A DNA stretch of 64,000 nucleotides from Octopus vulgaris (GCA_951406725.2 OX597830.1:2356001-2420000), one strand, 5' to 3'; shown: positions 13,781-25,724, numbered from the stretch's first letter. The notes: generated by a model from the letters alone, not told the origin. A program made the numbers and translations.

Positions 13781-14761
13781 GTGAAATATGGGCCGTGACT
13801 GCTGAGGACATGCGTAAGCTCGCGAGAAATGAAGCCAGTATGCTCCGATGGATGTGTAATGTCAGTGTGCATGCTCGACAGAGCGTTAGTACCCTGAGAG
13901 AAATGTTGGACCTAAGGAGCATCAGTTGTGGTGTGCAAGAGAGACGATTGCGCTGGTATGGTCATGTGGCGAGAATGGATGAAGATAGGTGTGTGAAAAA
14001 GTGCCAATCCCTAGCAGTGGAGGGAACCCGTGGAAGAGGTAGACCCAGGAAAACTTGGGACGAGGTAGTGAAGCATGACCTTCGAACTTTAGGTCTTACT
14101 GAGGAAATGTCCAGCGACCGAGACCTTTGGAAATATGCTGTGCTTGAAAAGACCAGGCAGGACAAGTGAGTCCAGCCCACTTATGCATGCCTTTCCTCCC
14201 TTGGACACACAAAGACCTGTTGAGGCAAGCGAAGTCGATATCGAACCTCATCCGACGACAGGCACCTATGCCTACCCCACTTTGCCTGCGAAGATCTGTT
14301 GGGGCAAGTGAAATCGGAATCGAAATTGAACCAATCCTCTGACTGGCACCCGGCAGATGCCAGGACCCCTGGACTGGAGATACGTAAAAAGCACTATCCG
14401 AATTGTGGCCGATGCCAGCGCCGCCTCGACTGGCTTCCGTGTCGGTGGCACGTAAAAAGCACCATCCGAATCGTGGCCGAAGCCAGTGCCGCCTTGACTG
14501 GCTTCCGTGCAGGTGGCACGTAAAATGCACCAATCCGACCGTGGCCGATGCCAGCCTCGCCTGGCACCAGTGCAGGTGGCACGTAAAAAGCACTCACTAC
14601 ACTCACGGAGTGGTTGGCGTTACGAAGGGCATCCAGCTGTAGAAACATTGCCAGATAAGACCGGAGCCTGGTGCAGCCTTCTGACTTCCCAGATCCCCAG
14701 TCGAACCATCCAACCCATGCTAGCATGGGGAATGGACGTTAAACGATGATGATGATGATGA

Positions 14762-14764
<3 letters not shown>
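13779..14764 (+). mobile_element. 5'-truncated RTE LINE (ORF C-terminus, 3' UTR, (GAT)n tail)
   Basis: GSEIWA..RRLRWYGHVARM..GRGRPRKTW; stop at 14169; 3' UTR with ~65-bp tandem units; (GAT)n tail; same family as 48205-50790. Confidence 0.93.
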
Positions 14765-14806
<42 letters not shown>

Positions 14807-14946
14807 CACTACTGTACACTTACTTAATTATGAAATAAAATGTAAGGTATATGAAATATGAAATGAAATTTGATGATTGTTCACAATGTTCATTTTATAT
14901 ATCTGTGTGTATATATAAATGAACATATATATTCATACATATATGC

Positions 14947-14981
<35 letters not shown>

Positions 14982-14994
14982 AAGAGAAAGAGAT

Positions 14995-15027
<33 letters not shown>

Positions 15028-15029
15028 CA

Positions 15030-15088
<59 letters not shown>

Positions 15089-15175
15089 AAGGGTGAAAAG
15101 GAACACACGAGTTGATATATATGAAAAAACAAGTAAAAAATAGAAAATGCTAAAATAATTTTATAGTGAACATTT

Positions 15176-15213
15176 CAGTACCGGTTTCGGTCATTTTGAG
15201 ACCTTTTCAACTG
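15176..15213 (-). ncRNA. Minimal hammerhead ribozyme, U3-A8 core variant (pLTR copy)
   Basis: Reverse complement of 17802-17839. Confidence 0.75.
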
Positions 15214-15916
15214 TAACGATTAAATAATTAAATTTAGAAAAATTAGAAGAAAAGTTTTTTTAAAAGAATATTTCTATAGTAGTGTTCAGATTTAAGTGGC
15301 ATTCTGCCTTTCTCTGACTCCCTTGTTTGCACTTGTGTGTTCGAGGTAGTTGTGAGTTCTCGGTAGGGTAGTAGAGGGAAGGCTGGTGAGGAAAGGGGGT
15401 GGGAGAATCTGGGAGTGCCCTGATGGTCGTATTTTGAATGGTCAGTGGCGGCTGGCAGTCTCAGTTCAATTCAGGATTGTTTATAGAATTAGCGTAGGTG
15501 TTATACTAAAAAACATTAGTGACAAACTTAAGGGGTAGGGGGTGAGAAGAAGAAGAAGAAGAAGAAGAAGAAGAAGAAGGAGAAGGAGAAGATGATGGTG
15601 ATGGTGGTGATGATTATGACGACGATGATGATGATAACGATGATGATGAAGAAGAAGAAGAAGAAGAAGAAGAAGAAGAAGAAGAAGAAGAAGGAGAAGG
15701 AGAAGATGGTGGTGATGATGGTGGTGATGATGATGACGCCGATGATGATGATAACGATGATGATGAAGAAGAAGAAGAAGAAAAAAACAGAGAAGGGAGA
15801 ATATGAATGGGTGTAAATATAGCTATGAAGGGGCTGATTAGTAATGGATTCTATGGAGTGTAGTATTTGTGTGTGTATATATATATTTTTTTCTTTTATT
15901 CTAAAGTTGAGGTATA

Positions 15917-16354
15917 TTAATTGTTTGTCGTAGACCCGTTAAGAAGTGGCTTGTATTTTGTAATAAAGAGATTTTCTTTACTTATTCTTTGTCTCGAGGT
16001 TGTATCGTCCCTAAATTGGTAGAGGGGGAAAATTCTGAAGTTTGGTGTTTTTTTGTTGGCGCAAGTATCTATGTGTTGGCTAAAAGCTATTTTTCTGTTT
16101 TGGGGAATTTTTATCTGGGATCTGTGCAGGGCCATTCGTTTACGCAAACCATTTTTTGTTTGGCCTATGTACTGCTCTTGACACCCGGAGCAGGTTAGTG
16201 AGTATATTAGGTTCTCCGAAGCACATGTGAAGTTGCTTTTCACTGTAAACCGTTGTCCCTGTTTGAAGGAGAACTCCGAACCCTCGATTAGATAGTCGCA
16301 TATCCCGCAATTGGGTCTTCCACATTTTTTTACTGTCGGCTTCTGTGTTGAAGA
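15917..16354 (-). CDS. GIY-YIG endonuclease of Neptune-like PLE, inverted copy (partial)
   Basis: CGRPNCGIC linker, LIYSLTCSGC-QYIGQT, RKRMALH; nearly identical to the plus-strand arm. Confidence 0.85.
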   Translation of the reverse strand, partial: SSTQKPTVKKCGRPNCGICDYLIEGSEFSFKQGQRFTVKSNFTCASENLIYSLTCSGCQEQYIGQTKNGLRKRMALHRSQIKIPQNRKIAFSQHIDTCANKKTPNFRIFPLYQFRDDTTSRQRISKENLFITKYKPLLNGSTTNN

Positions 16355-17105
16355 AGAACTAAAAGATACCCTAATCACCAGGAACTATCCACCTTCACTT
16401 ATTGACAAGTGCATTCAACGTGCCCTTCAACTTAACATCAAGGAACTGAGACATCCCAAATCAAAGAAAAACTTACAACCAAAAGCCTTACCATACATCT
16501 CCACACACAACCCTCTCAATAACGAAGCCTTCGACACCATCCTCCACAACATACCCCTCCTAAAAAAAGACCACAGAATGAACACAATCCTCCAAACACA
16601 CACGATCATAAAAAGCAAAAGACAGCCTAGATCCATGAAAAGTCTCCTTACACAAGCCCGAATTCACTCTTCAACACAGAAGCCGACAGTAAAAAAATGT
16701 GGAAGACCCAATTGCGGGATATGCGACTATCTAATCGAGGGTTCGGAGTTCTCCTTCAAACAGGGACAACGGTTTACAGTGAAAAGCAACTTCACATGTG
16801 CTTCGGAGAACCTAATATACTCACTAACCTGCTCCGGGTGTCAAGAGCAGTACATAGGCCAAACAAAAAATGGTTTGCGTAAACGAATGGCCCTGCACAG
16901 ATCCCAGATAAAAATTCCCCAAAACAGAAAAATAGCTTTTAGCCAACACATAGATACTTGCGCCAACAAAAAAACACCAAACTTCAGAATTTTCCCCCTC
17001 TACCAATTTAGGGACGATACAACCTCGAGACAAAGAATAAGTAAAGAAAATCTCTATATTACAAAATACAAGCCACTTCTTAACGGGTCTACGACAAACA
17101 ATTAA
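16352..17105 (+). CDS. RT thumb, Cys linker and GIY-YIG endonuclease of Neptune-like PLE (5'-truncated, uninterrupted)
   Basis: RNYPPSLI..LPYISTHNP..KRQPRSMKSLLT (PLE thumb), Cx4Cx2C linker, LIY..CxxC..YIG, E-x2-YI, LN. Confidence 0.9.
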
Positions 17106-17801
17106 TATACCTCAACTTTAGAATAAAAGAAAAAATATATATATACACACACAAATACTACACTCCATAGAATCCATTACTAATCAGCCCCTTCATAGCT
17201 ATATTTACACCCATTCATATTCTCCCTTCTCTGTTTTTTTCTTCTTCTTCTTCTTCATCATCATCGTTATCATCATCATCGGCGTCATCATCATCACCAC
17301 CATCATCACCACCATCTTCTCCTTCTCCTTCTTCTTCTTCTTCTTCTTCTTCTTCTTCTTCTTCTTCATCATCATCGTTATCATCATCATCGTCGTCATA
17401 ATCATCACCACCATCACCATCATCTTCTCCTTCTCCTTCTTCTTCTTCTTCTTCTTCTTCTTCTTCTTCTCCACCCCCTACCCCTTAAGTTTGTCACTAA
17501 TGTTTTTTAGTATAACACCTACGCTAATTCTATAAACAATCCTGAATTGAACTGAGACTGCCAGCCGCCACTGACCATTCAAAATACGACCATCAGGGCA
17601 CTCCCAGATTCTCCCACCCCCTTTCCTCACCAGCCTTCCCTCTACTACCCTACCGAGAACTCACAACTACCTCGAACACACAAGTGCAAACAAGGGAGTC
17701 AGAGAAAGGCAGAATGCCACTTAAATCTGAACACTACTATAGAAATATTCTTTTAAAAAACTTTTCTTCTAATTTTTCTAAATTTAATTATTTAATCGTT
17801 A

Positions 17802-17839
17802 CAGTTGAAAAGGTCTCAAAATGACCGAAACCGGTACTG
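17802..17839 (+). ncRNA. Minimal hammerhead ribozyme, U3-A8 core variant
   Basis: cag-TTGAAAA-ggtc(tcaaaat)gacc-GAAA-ccgg-TA-ctg. Stem I cag/ctg; stem II ggtc/gacc; palindromic stem III ACCGGT; GUA triplet. Confidence 0.78.
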
Positions 17840-18001
17840 AAATGTTCACTATAAAATTATTTTAGCATTTTCTATTTTTTACTTGTTTTTTCATATATAT
17901 ATATATATATGTATAAGGGTGAAAAGGAACACACGAGTCGATATATATGAAAAAACAAGTCAAAAATAGAAAATGCTAAAGTAATTTTATAGTGAACATT
18001 T

Positions 18002-18039
18002 CAGTACCGGTTTCGGTCATTTTGAGACCTTTTCAACTG
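18002..18039 (-). ncRNA. Minimal hammerhead ribozyme, U3-A8 core variant (third pLTR copy)
   Basis: Same motif on the minus strand within the 17911-18152 repeat. Confidence 0.75.
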
Positions 18040-18149
18040 TAACGATTAAATAATTAAATTTAGAAAAATTAGAAGAAAAGTTTTTTTAAAGGAATATTTC
18101 TATAGTAGTGTTCAGATATAGGTGGCATTCTGCCTTTCTCTGACTCCCT

Positions 18150-18195
<46 letters not shown>

Positions 18196-18223
18196 TACAT
18201 ATATGCGCACATATATATATACA

Positions 18224-18266
<43 letters not shown>

Positions 18267-19178
18267 ATATATGCGCACATATATATTTGTATGTATGCAT
18301 GTATACATACACACATATATACTCACAAAAACTATATATATATACACATACAAATATGTGTACATATATATTTGTATGTATGCATGTTTGCATACACACA
18401 TATCTACTCACAAAAACTATATATATAATGCACATACATAGATATACACATTTCGTATATTTTTTGTTTTCTAAGATTTTTTCATGTATTATCAATTATT
18501 TCTTGTCAATTTTCCTCCAATCATCCTCCTACGAATATTTTTGTATTTATATGAATGGTTTCCTTCAAGCAACAACAAGAACAAGAACAACGACAACTTG
18601 TTATGATTTACTAGTTTTAAACTTGCTAGACACAGTAATCTGATAGTATCATGTTTAGAAAACTAAAACAACAACAACAACAACAAAAGCACAAAATAAC
18701 AAACCAAAATATTCTGTGGCATCACATAGACACCATTGAAGATCTGAACACATTCTAATGAGATCTTAATGGCATCAACTGAGTCCCAAATCTAATATTG
18801 TGTTGTGACTAGCAGCACTAATTAGGATTTATGTTCTGCTATCGAGATATGGTCAACTGAAGATTAATGGATTACACAAGCTTTAATCTCAAGTGCACTC
18901 TTAAAGCCAGAAACATTAGAATGGTCAACTTAACTAAGAATAAAGAAAAGAAGAAATAAAATATATGCTATGATGTTCTCTTTTTCTGGCTCAGCTGTTT
19001 TACTGTACTTTCTGTGCTCAGTGGTCCTGGATTTGTGTAGATTCTCTTTAAAACTAGTATGAACGGGGGTATATGTGTGTATATGCGTATCTATATACAT
19101 AGGTACATGCATAATATATGTATATATATATATATATACATACACACACACAAATATATATATAAATGTGTGTGTGTA

Positions 19179-19218
<40 letters not shown>

Positions 19219-19263
19219 CATACACACACACACACAAATATATATATAAATGTGTGTGTGTAT

Positions 19264-19337
<74 letters not shown>

Positions 19338-19485
19338 TATATGTATGAATATATATGTTCATTATGAAAATGGTGAACAATCATCAAATTTCATTTCATA
19401 TTTCATATACCTTACATTTTATCTCATATTTAAGTAAGTGTACAATAGTGTATGTATATATATATATATGTATGTATCTATATAT

Positions 19486-19517
<32 letters not shown>

Positions 19518-19622
19518 TTGTGTGTGTGTGTGTATATATATATTTATGCATGTACCTATAAATATATATACATACATACATATATAGATATATACATATA
19601 TATACATGTGTGTGTGTGTATA

Positions 19623-20365
19623 CAGAGTGCGGTGAATAAACTGTCATCTAAATTATGCAAAAATGAAAATTACACTGACTTCTCATTTTAATTAATATAT
19701 TTACCAAAATTACATAAAAATATCTGGAAGTACGAAAGAGTAGGTTTATTTTTAAAAAATCGTCACTGGCTTCAACCATGACCTCCAGACAACTTCGGAA
19801 TCTCCTGTAACTTTTCTGAATGGTCTCCTTCTTTAAGTTGGTGAATGCTGCCATAATCTTTGCTTTCGGTTCATCTTTGTTGTTACAAGAAGTTTTGTTG
19901 GTCTCTTTCTCAATTGTGCCCCACACATAATAATCAAGGGGGTTGCAGTCTAGGAAATTAGGTGGCCTGATGTTAGGGGTGATGTGGTTGCAGAAAGTGT
20001 CTGACAGTCATGACTGCATTTTCCTGCTTGTGTGGCATGGTGCAGAGTCCTGTTACCAGATATAGGGTCTTCTAGTAGCCACCCTCTTCACCCAGGGCAG
20101 CACTACCACCTGCAGGCACTTGATGTAGGCCTCCATGTTGAGTCTGAGGCCGTGTGGGAAAATGAATAGAAGCATAACGTCACTCCAAACACTATGATGG
20201 AGACTGGATGTTTGATTTTTATCCCTCTCGGTACATCTGTCCTCAGATTGACACCCATTCACTTTGAAAGGTTCGTATTGGAGCTTCTGACACAAATACC
20301 AAGCAGTACAGCGTGCCATTTCCAAATTCCTGGTAGCGTGAATTGCATCATGGTGCTGTTTTTCT
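19623..20365 (-). mobile_element. Decayed Tc1/mariner-superfamily transposon of DD37D (maT) type, 3' part
   Basis: Minus strand QDSAPCHTSRK...PPNFLDCNPLDYYVW with 37 residues between the last two Asp; internal stops; TIR-like end TA-CAGAGTGCGGTGAATAAA at 19621. Confidence 0.85.
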
Positions 20366-20368
20366 CTA

Positions 20369-20410
<42 letters not shown>

Positions 20411-20412
20411 CA

Positions 20413-20803
20413 TTAGCAGTATCGCCCGGCGTTGCTCGGGTTTGTAAGGGAAATAATTATATAAGCATTTTTAGAGATGTAAAGTATAATAGCCATCTCA
20501 ATATGGTCAACCACAAAGGGGAGGGTGTTACTGTAGCTTTTTACGTTCTGAGATTTAATAATAAATTTTAGAGAGTTACTTCCCTTATATATGTCAAAAA
20601 TGGATTAACAATGGGAAAAATTGATGGTAAATTTTTTTTTAAATCGTAGACTCATCGTAGACGCGCGCTAATACCCAGACGGTCTCGATATGAATCACGA
20701 CTATAAGATACCCGGTTTTGGTTAAACTGCACCGCAAAATGTGGGAGTAGTTAGGAATCTAAATCGTAGGAGACAGACACACAACCTCACTTTTATATAT
20801 AAA
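20413..20803 (-). mobile_element. Non-autonomous Helitron-like element
   Basis: Minus-strand 3' end has a GC hairpin CCCGAGCAACGCCGGG followed ~8 nt later by CTAA (CTRR). The 5' end reads TATATATAAAAGTGAG. No TIRs. Confidence 0.7.
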
Positions 20804-20905
20804 AATTTCCTCTATTTACATAATATTGAGGTCTCTTTCTTTCTTTTGTTATCTTACTGTTTTTACCAATATACATATATATATATATATATAAATATAT
20901 ATATA

Positions 20906-21228
20906 GTTACAGAGATGTACTTGCATAGCAAGTGACTTGATCTGAGATCGTGTGCTGGAACGAAAACAGTTGCAGCGTTGAAGGTGTTTATAAGCCATTT
21001 AAGAAACACACAAAAACCGTTAGATTCACTTCAACATTTAAATTTAATTTGTCAAAATATTTTCGTCGCTTTGAGACCGCGACCTGTTAGCACGATATGT
21101 TTGTCAGTGAACAGGTCGCGGTCTCAAAGCGACGAAAATATTTTGGCAAATTAAATTTAAATGTTGAAGTGAATCTAACGGTTTTTGTGTGTTTCTTAAA
21201 TGGCTTACAAACACCTTCCACGCTGCAA
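20906..21228. mobile_element. Fold-back pLTR-only PLE insertion (~119-bp arms, 21-nt loop)
   Basis: 20970-21088 is the reverse complement of 21110-21228; (TA)n flanks; contains a hammerhead motif. Confidence 0.85.
21100..21150 (+). ncRNA. Minimal hammerhead ribozyme, G3-C8 core variant
   Basis: tttgtca-GTGAACA-g-gtcgc(ggtctcaaa)gcgac-GAAA-atat-TT-tggcaaa. 7-bp stem I; 5-bp stem II with one extra nucleotide after A9; palindromic stem III AATATT. Confidence 0.68.
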
Positions 21229-21289
21229 TATATATATACACACATATATATATATGTATGTATGTATGTGTGTATATGTGTATGCATGT

Positions 21290-21510
21290 GCGTGTCTGTG
21301 CTTGTGATTGTCCTCCACCACTGCTTGACAACGAATGTTGGTTTGTTTACATCCCTGTCACCTAGTGGTTTGACAAAGGAAACAGATAGAATAAGTACAA
21401 TGCTTACAAAAATAAAACTGGAGTTGATTCATTAAACTACAATTCTTCAAGGCATTGCCCCAGCATGGCCACAGACCAATGGCTGGAAAAAGCAGAAGAA
21501 TAAAAGAATA
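21290..21510 (+). mobile_element. SINE 3' half (same family as 35735-36078)
   Basis: Shared motifs cttgacaac..tttacatccc..cttcaaggc..gccccagcatggccacag. Confidence 0.75.
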
Positions 21511-21559
21511 CATTCTCTGCTTTGGTCTTATGTTCAAGGCATGAGAAAGCTTGAGTTTA

Positions 21560-21836
21560 CATGAGAAGGCCTAACAAACCTGGTAGAAACAGCAGCCAAA
21601 TCTCCCTCAAATCACACCTTACTGTCTTATGTATGTATATATATATGAGCCAATGAGGGGACCTCTACATGGTAGCTAGACCTGGTAGAAATAGCAGCCA
21701 AATTTCCCCCAAATCACACCTTACTGTCTTATCTATGTATATATGTATGAGCCTATGAGGGAGACCCCTACATGGCAGCTAGACATGGTAGAAATAGCAG
21801 CTAAATATCCCTCAAATCACACCTTACTGTCTTATC
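21560..21836 (+). repeat. Tandem repeat, ~101-bp unit, ~2.7 copies
   Basis: Three copies of tggtagaaa(c/t)agcagc(c/t)aaat..caaatcacaccttactgtcttat. Confidence 0.9.
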
Positions 21837-22524
21837 TTTCTGCTACTTGGATATAGGTCTTATATTCATCGTAAAAAACTTTCCTGTCACACACTCACGC
21901 ACACGCACACACACACACACACACACACACGCACCCTCACACACACACACACGCGCACACACACACACACACACACTGACACACACGCACGTTAGCTTAC
22001 AATTTTATTTATATATTTGCGTGTCTATGTGTGGAAAGAGGAAGTGGGAGGCAGAGTGAAAGAATCACTCACTACAGTAAGTGAATTAGTTTCATTTTAT
22101 TCGTTGCCCACTGTGTGTGTGCGTTTGCGTGTGGTGTAAAGCAGACTAAGAAAAGCATTTGACACACACACCAGAATGTGAGTTTTCTGTAAATTTTGCT
22201 TAATTGGAGTTTAAATTTTGAAAACTGGACCTGGCATGACGCGATGCATTGTACTCTTAAAAATGCTAGGTAAATTGTAATTGAAGAAATCCTATATTGT
22301 AGATTTGTATAACTCCCAAAGGGAGGCAGATAAAATCTGCCTTTTATAATAAGAGATATACATATAGAGAGAGAGAGTGAGATGGGGAGTAAGGGAAATG
22401 AGAGAGTGAAAGATATAAGCATGTGTGTGTGTGCGTGTGTGTGTGTATATATATATGCATACTCATATACACATGCATCATAAAAATGTTGTGTAAATAC
22501 TTGCATTGTTGTTGCATATTTTGA

Positions 22525-22695
22525 CACAAGGCCAGCAATTTTGGTGTAGGTCTAAGCTAATTACATCAATGCCAGTCCTCAGCTGGTATTTATCCAATTG
22601 ACCCTGTGCGTACGAAAGGCAAAGTTCAACTCAGCGGAATCTGAACTCAGTGAATAAAGACAAGCCAAAGCATTTTGCCAAGTGCAATAATGATG
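22525..22695 (-). mobile_element. Decayed tRNA-derived SINE (family of 62701-62933)
   Basis: gaaaggcaaagttcaactcagcggaatctgaactcag motif. Related decayed copies at ~32220-32350, ~33390-33480, ~57880-58100 and ~62300-62355. Confidence 0.7.
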
Positions 22696-23378
22696 CGTCC
22701 AGCTTTGCACCTTATGCATACATAAATGTAGGCCAACCCACAAACAAAATGCAACAGGCTGATAGATCTTCGTGCATACAAACACATGAATAAATGTATA
22801 TGTGAACTTGTGTATGTGTCTAAGTGTATGTGTGTGGGGTGCACATGTGTGTATATTTGTGTGTGTCTAGTGACCGGAGATGCATGCACTTCACAGTGCA
22901 TCTCTTAATTCATGTGATGAATCTATTTATACACTCAGCATACTGTGCAATTACTTATAAATTAGTCGGGGCTATGACCAATATCTTTATGAAATGTATT
23001 ATTGGGAAAAATTAATCCCAATTAATATTGTCGCTTAAAGAAAATACAAGAGTAACTTCTAAAAATCTTGCAATAAATCTTCTCGGAAATAAAGGTGATT
23101 CTGCATCTGTTTAGGGTTTCACATAAATTGGTTCCATAAGTCCATGATATAAATAGCAGTGAGCCACAATGAATAAAATATAAAGTGAAACATATGAGAG
23201 AAACAAAATGAGTGAGCATGTAGACAAGCATTAAAGTCCTGTCTTATTAATGTACTGCAAACATCACGGAAGGGGTCTACCAGGGAGCATATTTGTGTCA
23301 AGAGTAATTTATAGGAGATCTATATGAACATGGACCTCCCAAGACACTTCTTTATTTGTCCAACCAAGGAGATGAATT

Positions 23379-23417
<39 letters not shown>

Positions 23418-23753
23418 ACGCAAGGAAATTAATATTAATATAAATATATTCAGACAAATGCAGAGCTAAACTATAGTGTCGTTCTGTCTATCGACCATAA
23501 GCCTCAGTGGGTTTCTCAGTCAACCTGATGAATGAAACTGTGATTTAGTCCCCGTTTATCACTCATAAATCAGCATTTATAAGAATCTGTAGACAACGTC
23601 TAACATGAAGTTTGCATTCGGTGTTTTTATATCTTTGAACAAGAATTCATTAAAATATCACTCTTTATATCTCTCTACCTACAACACCCACCTCTCTCCC
23701 TCTCCTGTTCTTTGTCCCCCTCTATCCCCCACTCTCACTCTTTCTCTCACTCG

Positions 23754-23794
<41 letters not shown>

Positions 23795-24590
23795 CATGTA
23801 TACATATGTACAAGCACAGACAAACACAGATACACACATACATATCTATGTACATAGATATATGGTGTTGTGTTATCTGTGTATGTATGTATGTATGTAT
23901 GGATGTATGTATGTATGTAAACAAGTGTATGTCTTTTTTAATATCTAATATTCTTCCAAAGAAACAAAAGCTTCTCCACCAACAGGAATTCGGTTAACAA
24001 ATTCAATTAGTGTTACTTGCTGCACCTTAGAAAATTCTTGTATATTTCTCACATTCCACTTAAAGATTCTCTTTGTAGAGTATGTGTGTGCTGACCATTT
24101 TTCGTTTTTAAAGATTCGCAATGAGATATTTACAAACATTACCATTTGTATAAATGTGAATTTATAATCAAGGTAGACAAGCTTCAGGTTTTGAAGCAGC
24201 TGTCCACAGACAGTCACCTTCTCATTGGTTTTGGAAGCTGACTCCAATGATAATACACAATTATACCTTTCTGTCCCAGATAACTTTTTCCGGTATCTGC
24301 AATATATATAAGTTTTAATGGGTATGTTGCATCACTACTACTTGCGTTGATATTCAATAACTGATGCATTCTCAAATTTGTATCTTAGGACAGACTTCTT
24401 TAAGGGCTGCATTGTGTGTGGTTTAAGCATCAACACCATTCTGCAAAGAGTGGTAAAACCATGAGGTTTTTGTGTAGCTGCTTTCACAGACATTTGACAT
24501 TATCACATAAATACATGCATGCATATATTTATGTAAGTATCTATGCATATTCGTGCAAGCATATACTTGTTTGCATGTTTGTATGTATGC

Positions 24591-24665
<75 letters not shown>

Positions 24666-25338
24666 CATATATATATATACATGTGTATATATGTGAGTCT
24701 ATATTTCTCATTCATTAGAATTTTAAGACCATAATGGAGTGTCACCATTTAGCCAAAGAGAAGGGAGAGAAATGGTAATGTTTAGGGAAACCACTTTCCT
24801 AGAATACAAATTAGCAAAGCTGAAATTAACATAACGCAATTTAAATGCAAACCTGCATCTACATGTCCGTGTGCTTATATCTGAGTACCTGTATTTGTAC
24901 ATGTGTGTGTCAGTGTGTACATGTGTGGTGATGCATACATGATGGTGTGTATATATGGTTCTGTAAATGTGGGAAATTAAATGTGGGAAATTAAAAGTCA
25001 TTAAATGTGGGAAATTCTCCCAACATATTCCGATCATTCTTCAGTCATTAAGCTATTACTGGACCTGTTGCCATAAGAAGCACAGGAACATATTGTCACT
25101 ACAGGAGAAAACATATTTTTATGCGCACAAACATAGATACATATATGCATATGTGTGTGTGTGTGTATAGATAGACAGATATAGATATATAGAAATATAT
25201 TTATTATATATACAATTATTGCATGTATACATGTATGTGTATCTATATATATACATCTACATACACAAACACTAATATATAAGTTTATGTTTATATATAT
25301 ATATTATATATATATTTACATACATATATACATGTGTG

Positions 25339-25381
<43 letters not shown>

Positions 25382-25438
25382 GTGTATGTATATATATGTT
25401 TATATACATATATACATGTATGTATGTATGTATGTATG

Positions 25439-25471
<33 letters not shown>

Positions 25472-25668
25472 GTATGTAGGTAAATGAATTATCCTATGTT
25501 TATCGTCAGCATGGAAAATTCGTTTAACCAAAACCTGGGTAGCAAATTCACGTCAGAAACACGGTTGAAGCGACCTGTCAAGGGTAGAAACTCCGGGTTC
25601 ATGTGCAGAAATTTGTGTGTTGAGAGTAAAGGAATTTTGTTAACATCTTCGTTCGACTCCATTCTTTC

Positions 25669-25723
<55 letters not shown>

Positions 25724-25724
25724 T

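Larger units (their letters stand above)
15085..18152. mobile_element. Neptune-like Penelope element: 5'-truncated sense copy with long inverted copy and an extra partial pLTR
   Basis: 15117-16354 is the reverse complement of 16668-17898. 17911-18152 directly repeats 15085-15325. GIY-YIG ORF on both arms, a hammerhead in each pLTR, (TA)n flanks. Confidence 0.93.

Noticed and set aside
17900-19650. Many ORFs rich in YI, CV, HT, poly-I, poly-N or poly-L here and across the window
   Set aside because: They are translations of stop-free microsatellites, not genes.
21560-21836. CRISPR-like repeat-spacer array (also the RTE 3' UTR repeats)
   Set aside because: Eukaryotic context, intervening sequences are homologous rather than unique, and no cas genes.
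23520-23550. CTGATGA..GAAA hammerhead-like match
   Set aside because: Only 2 nt between the core boxes, so stem II cannot form, and there is no stem I or III pairing.
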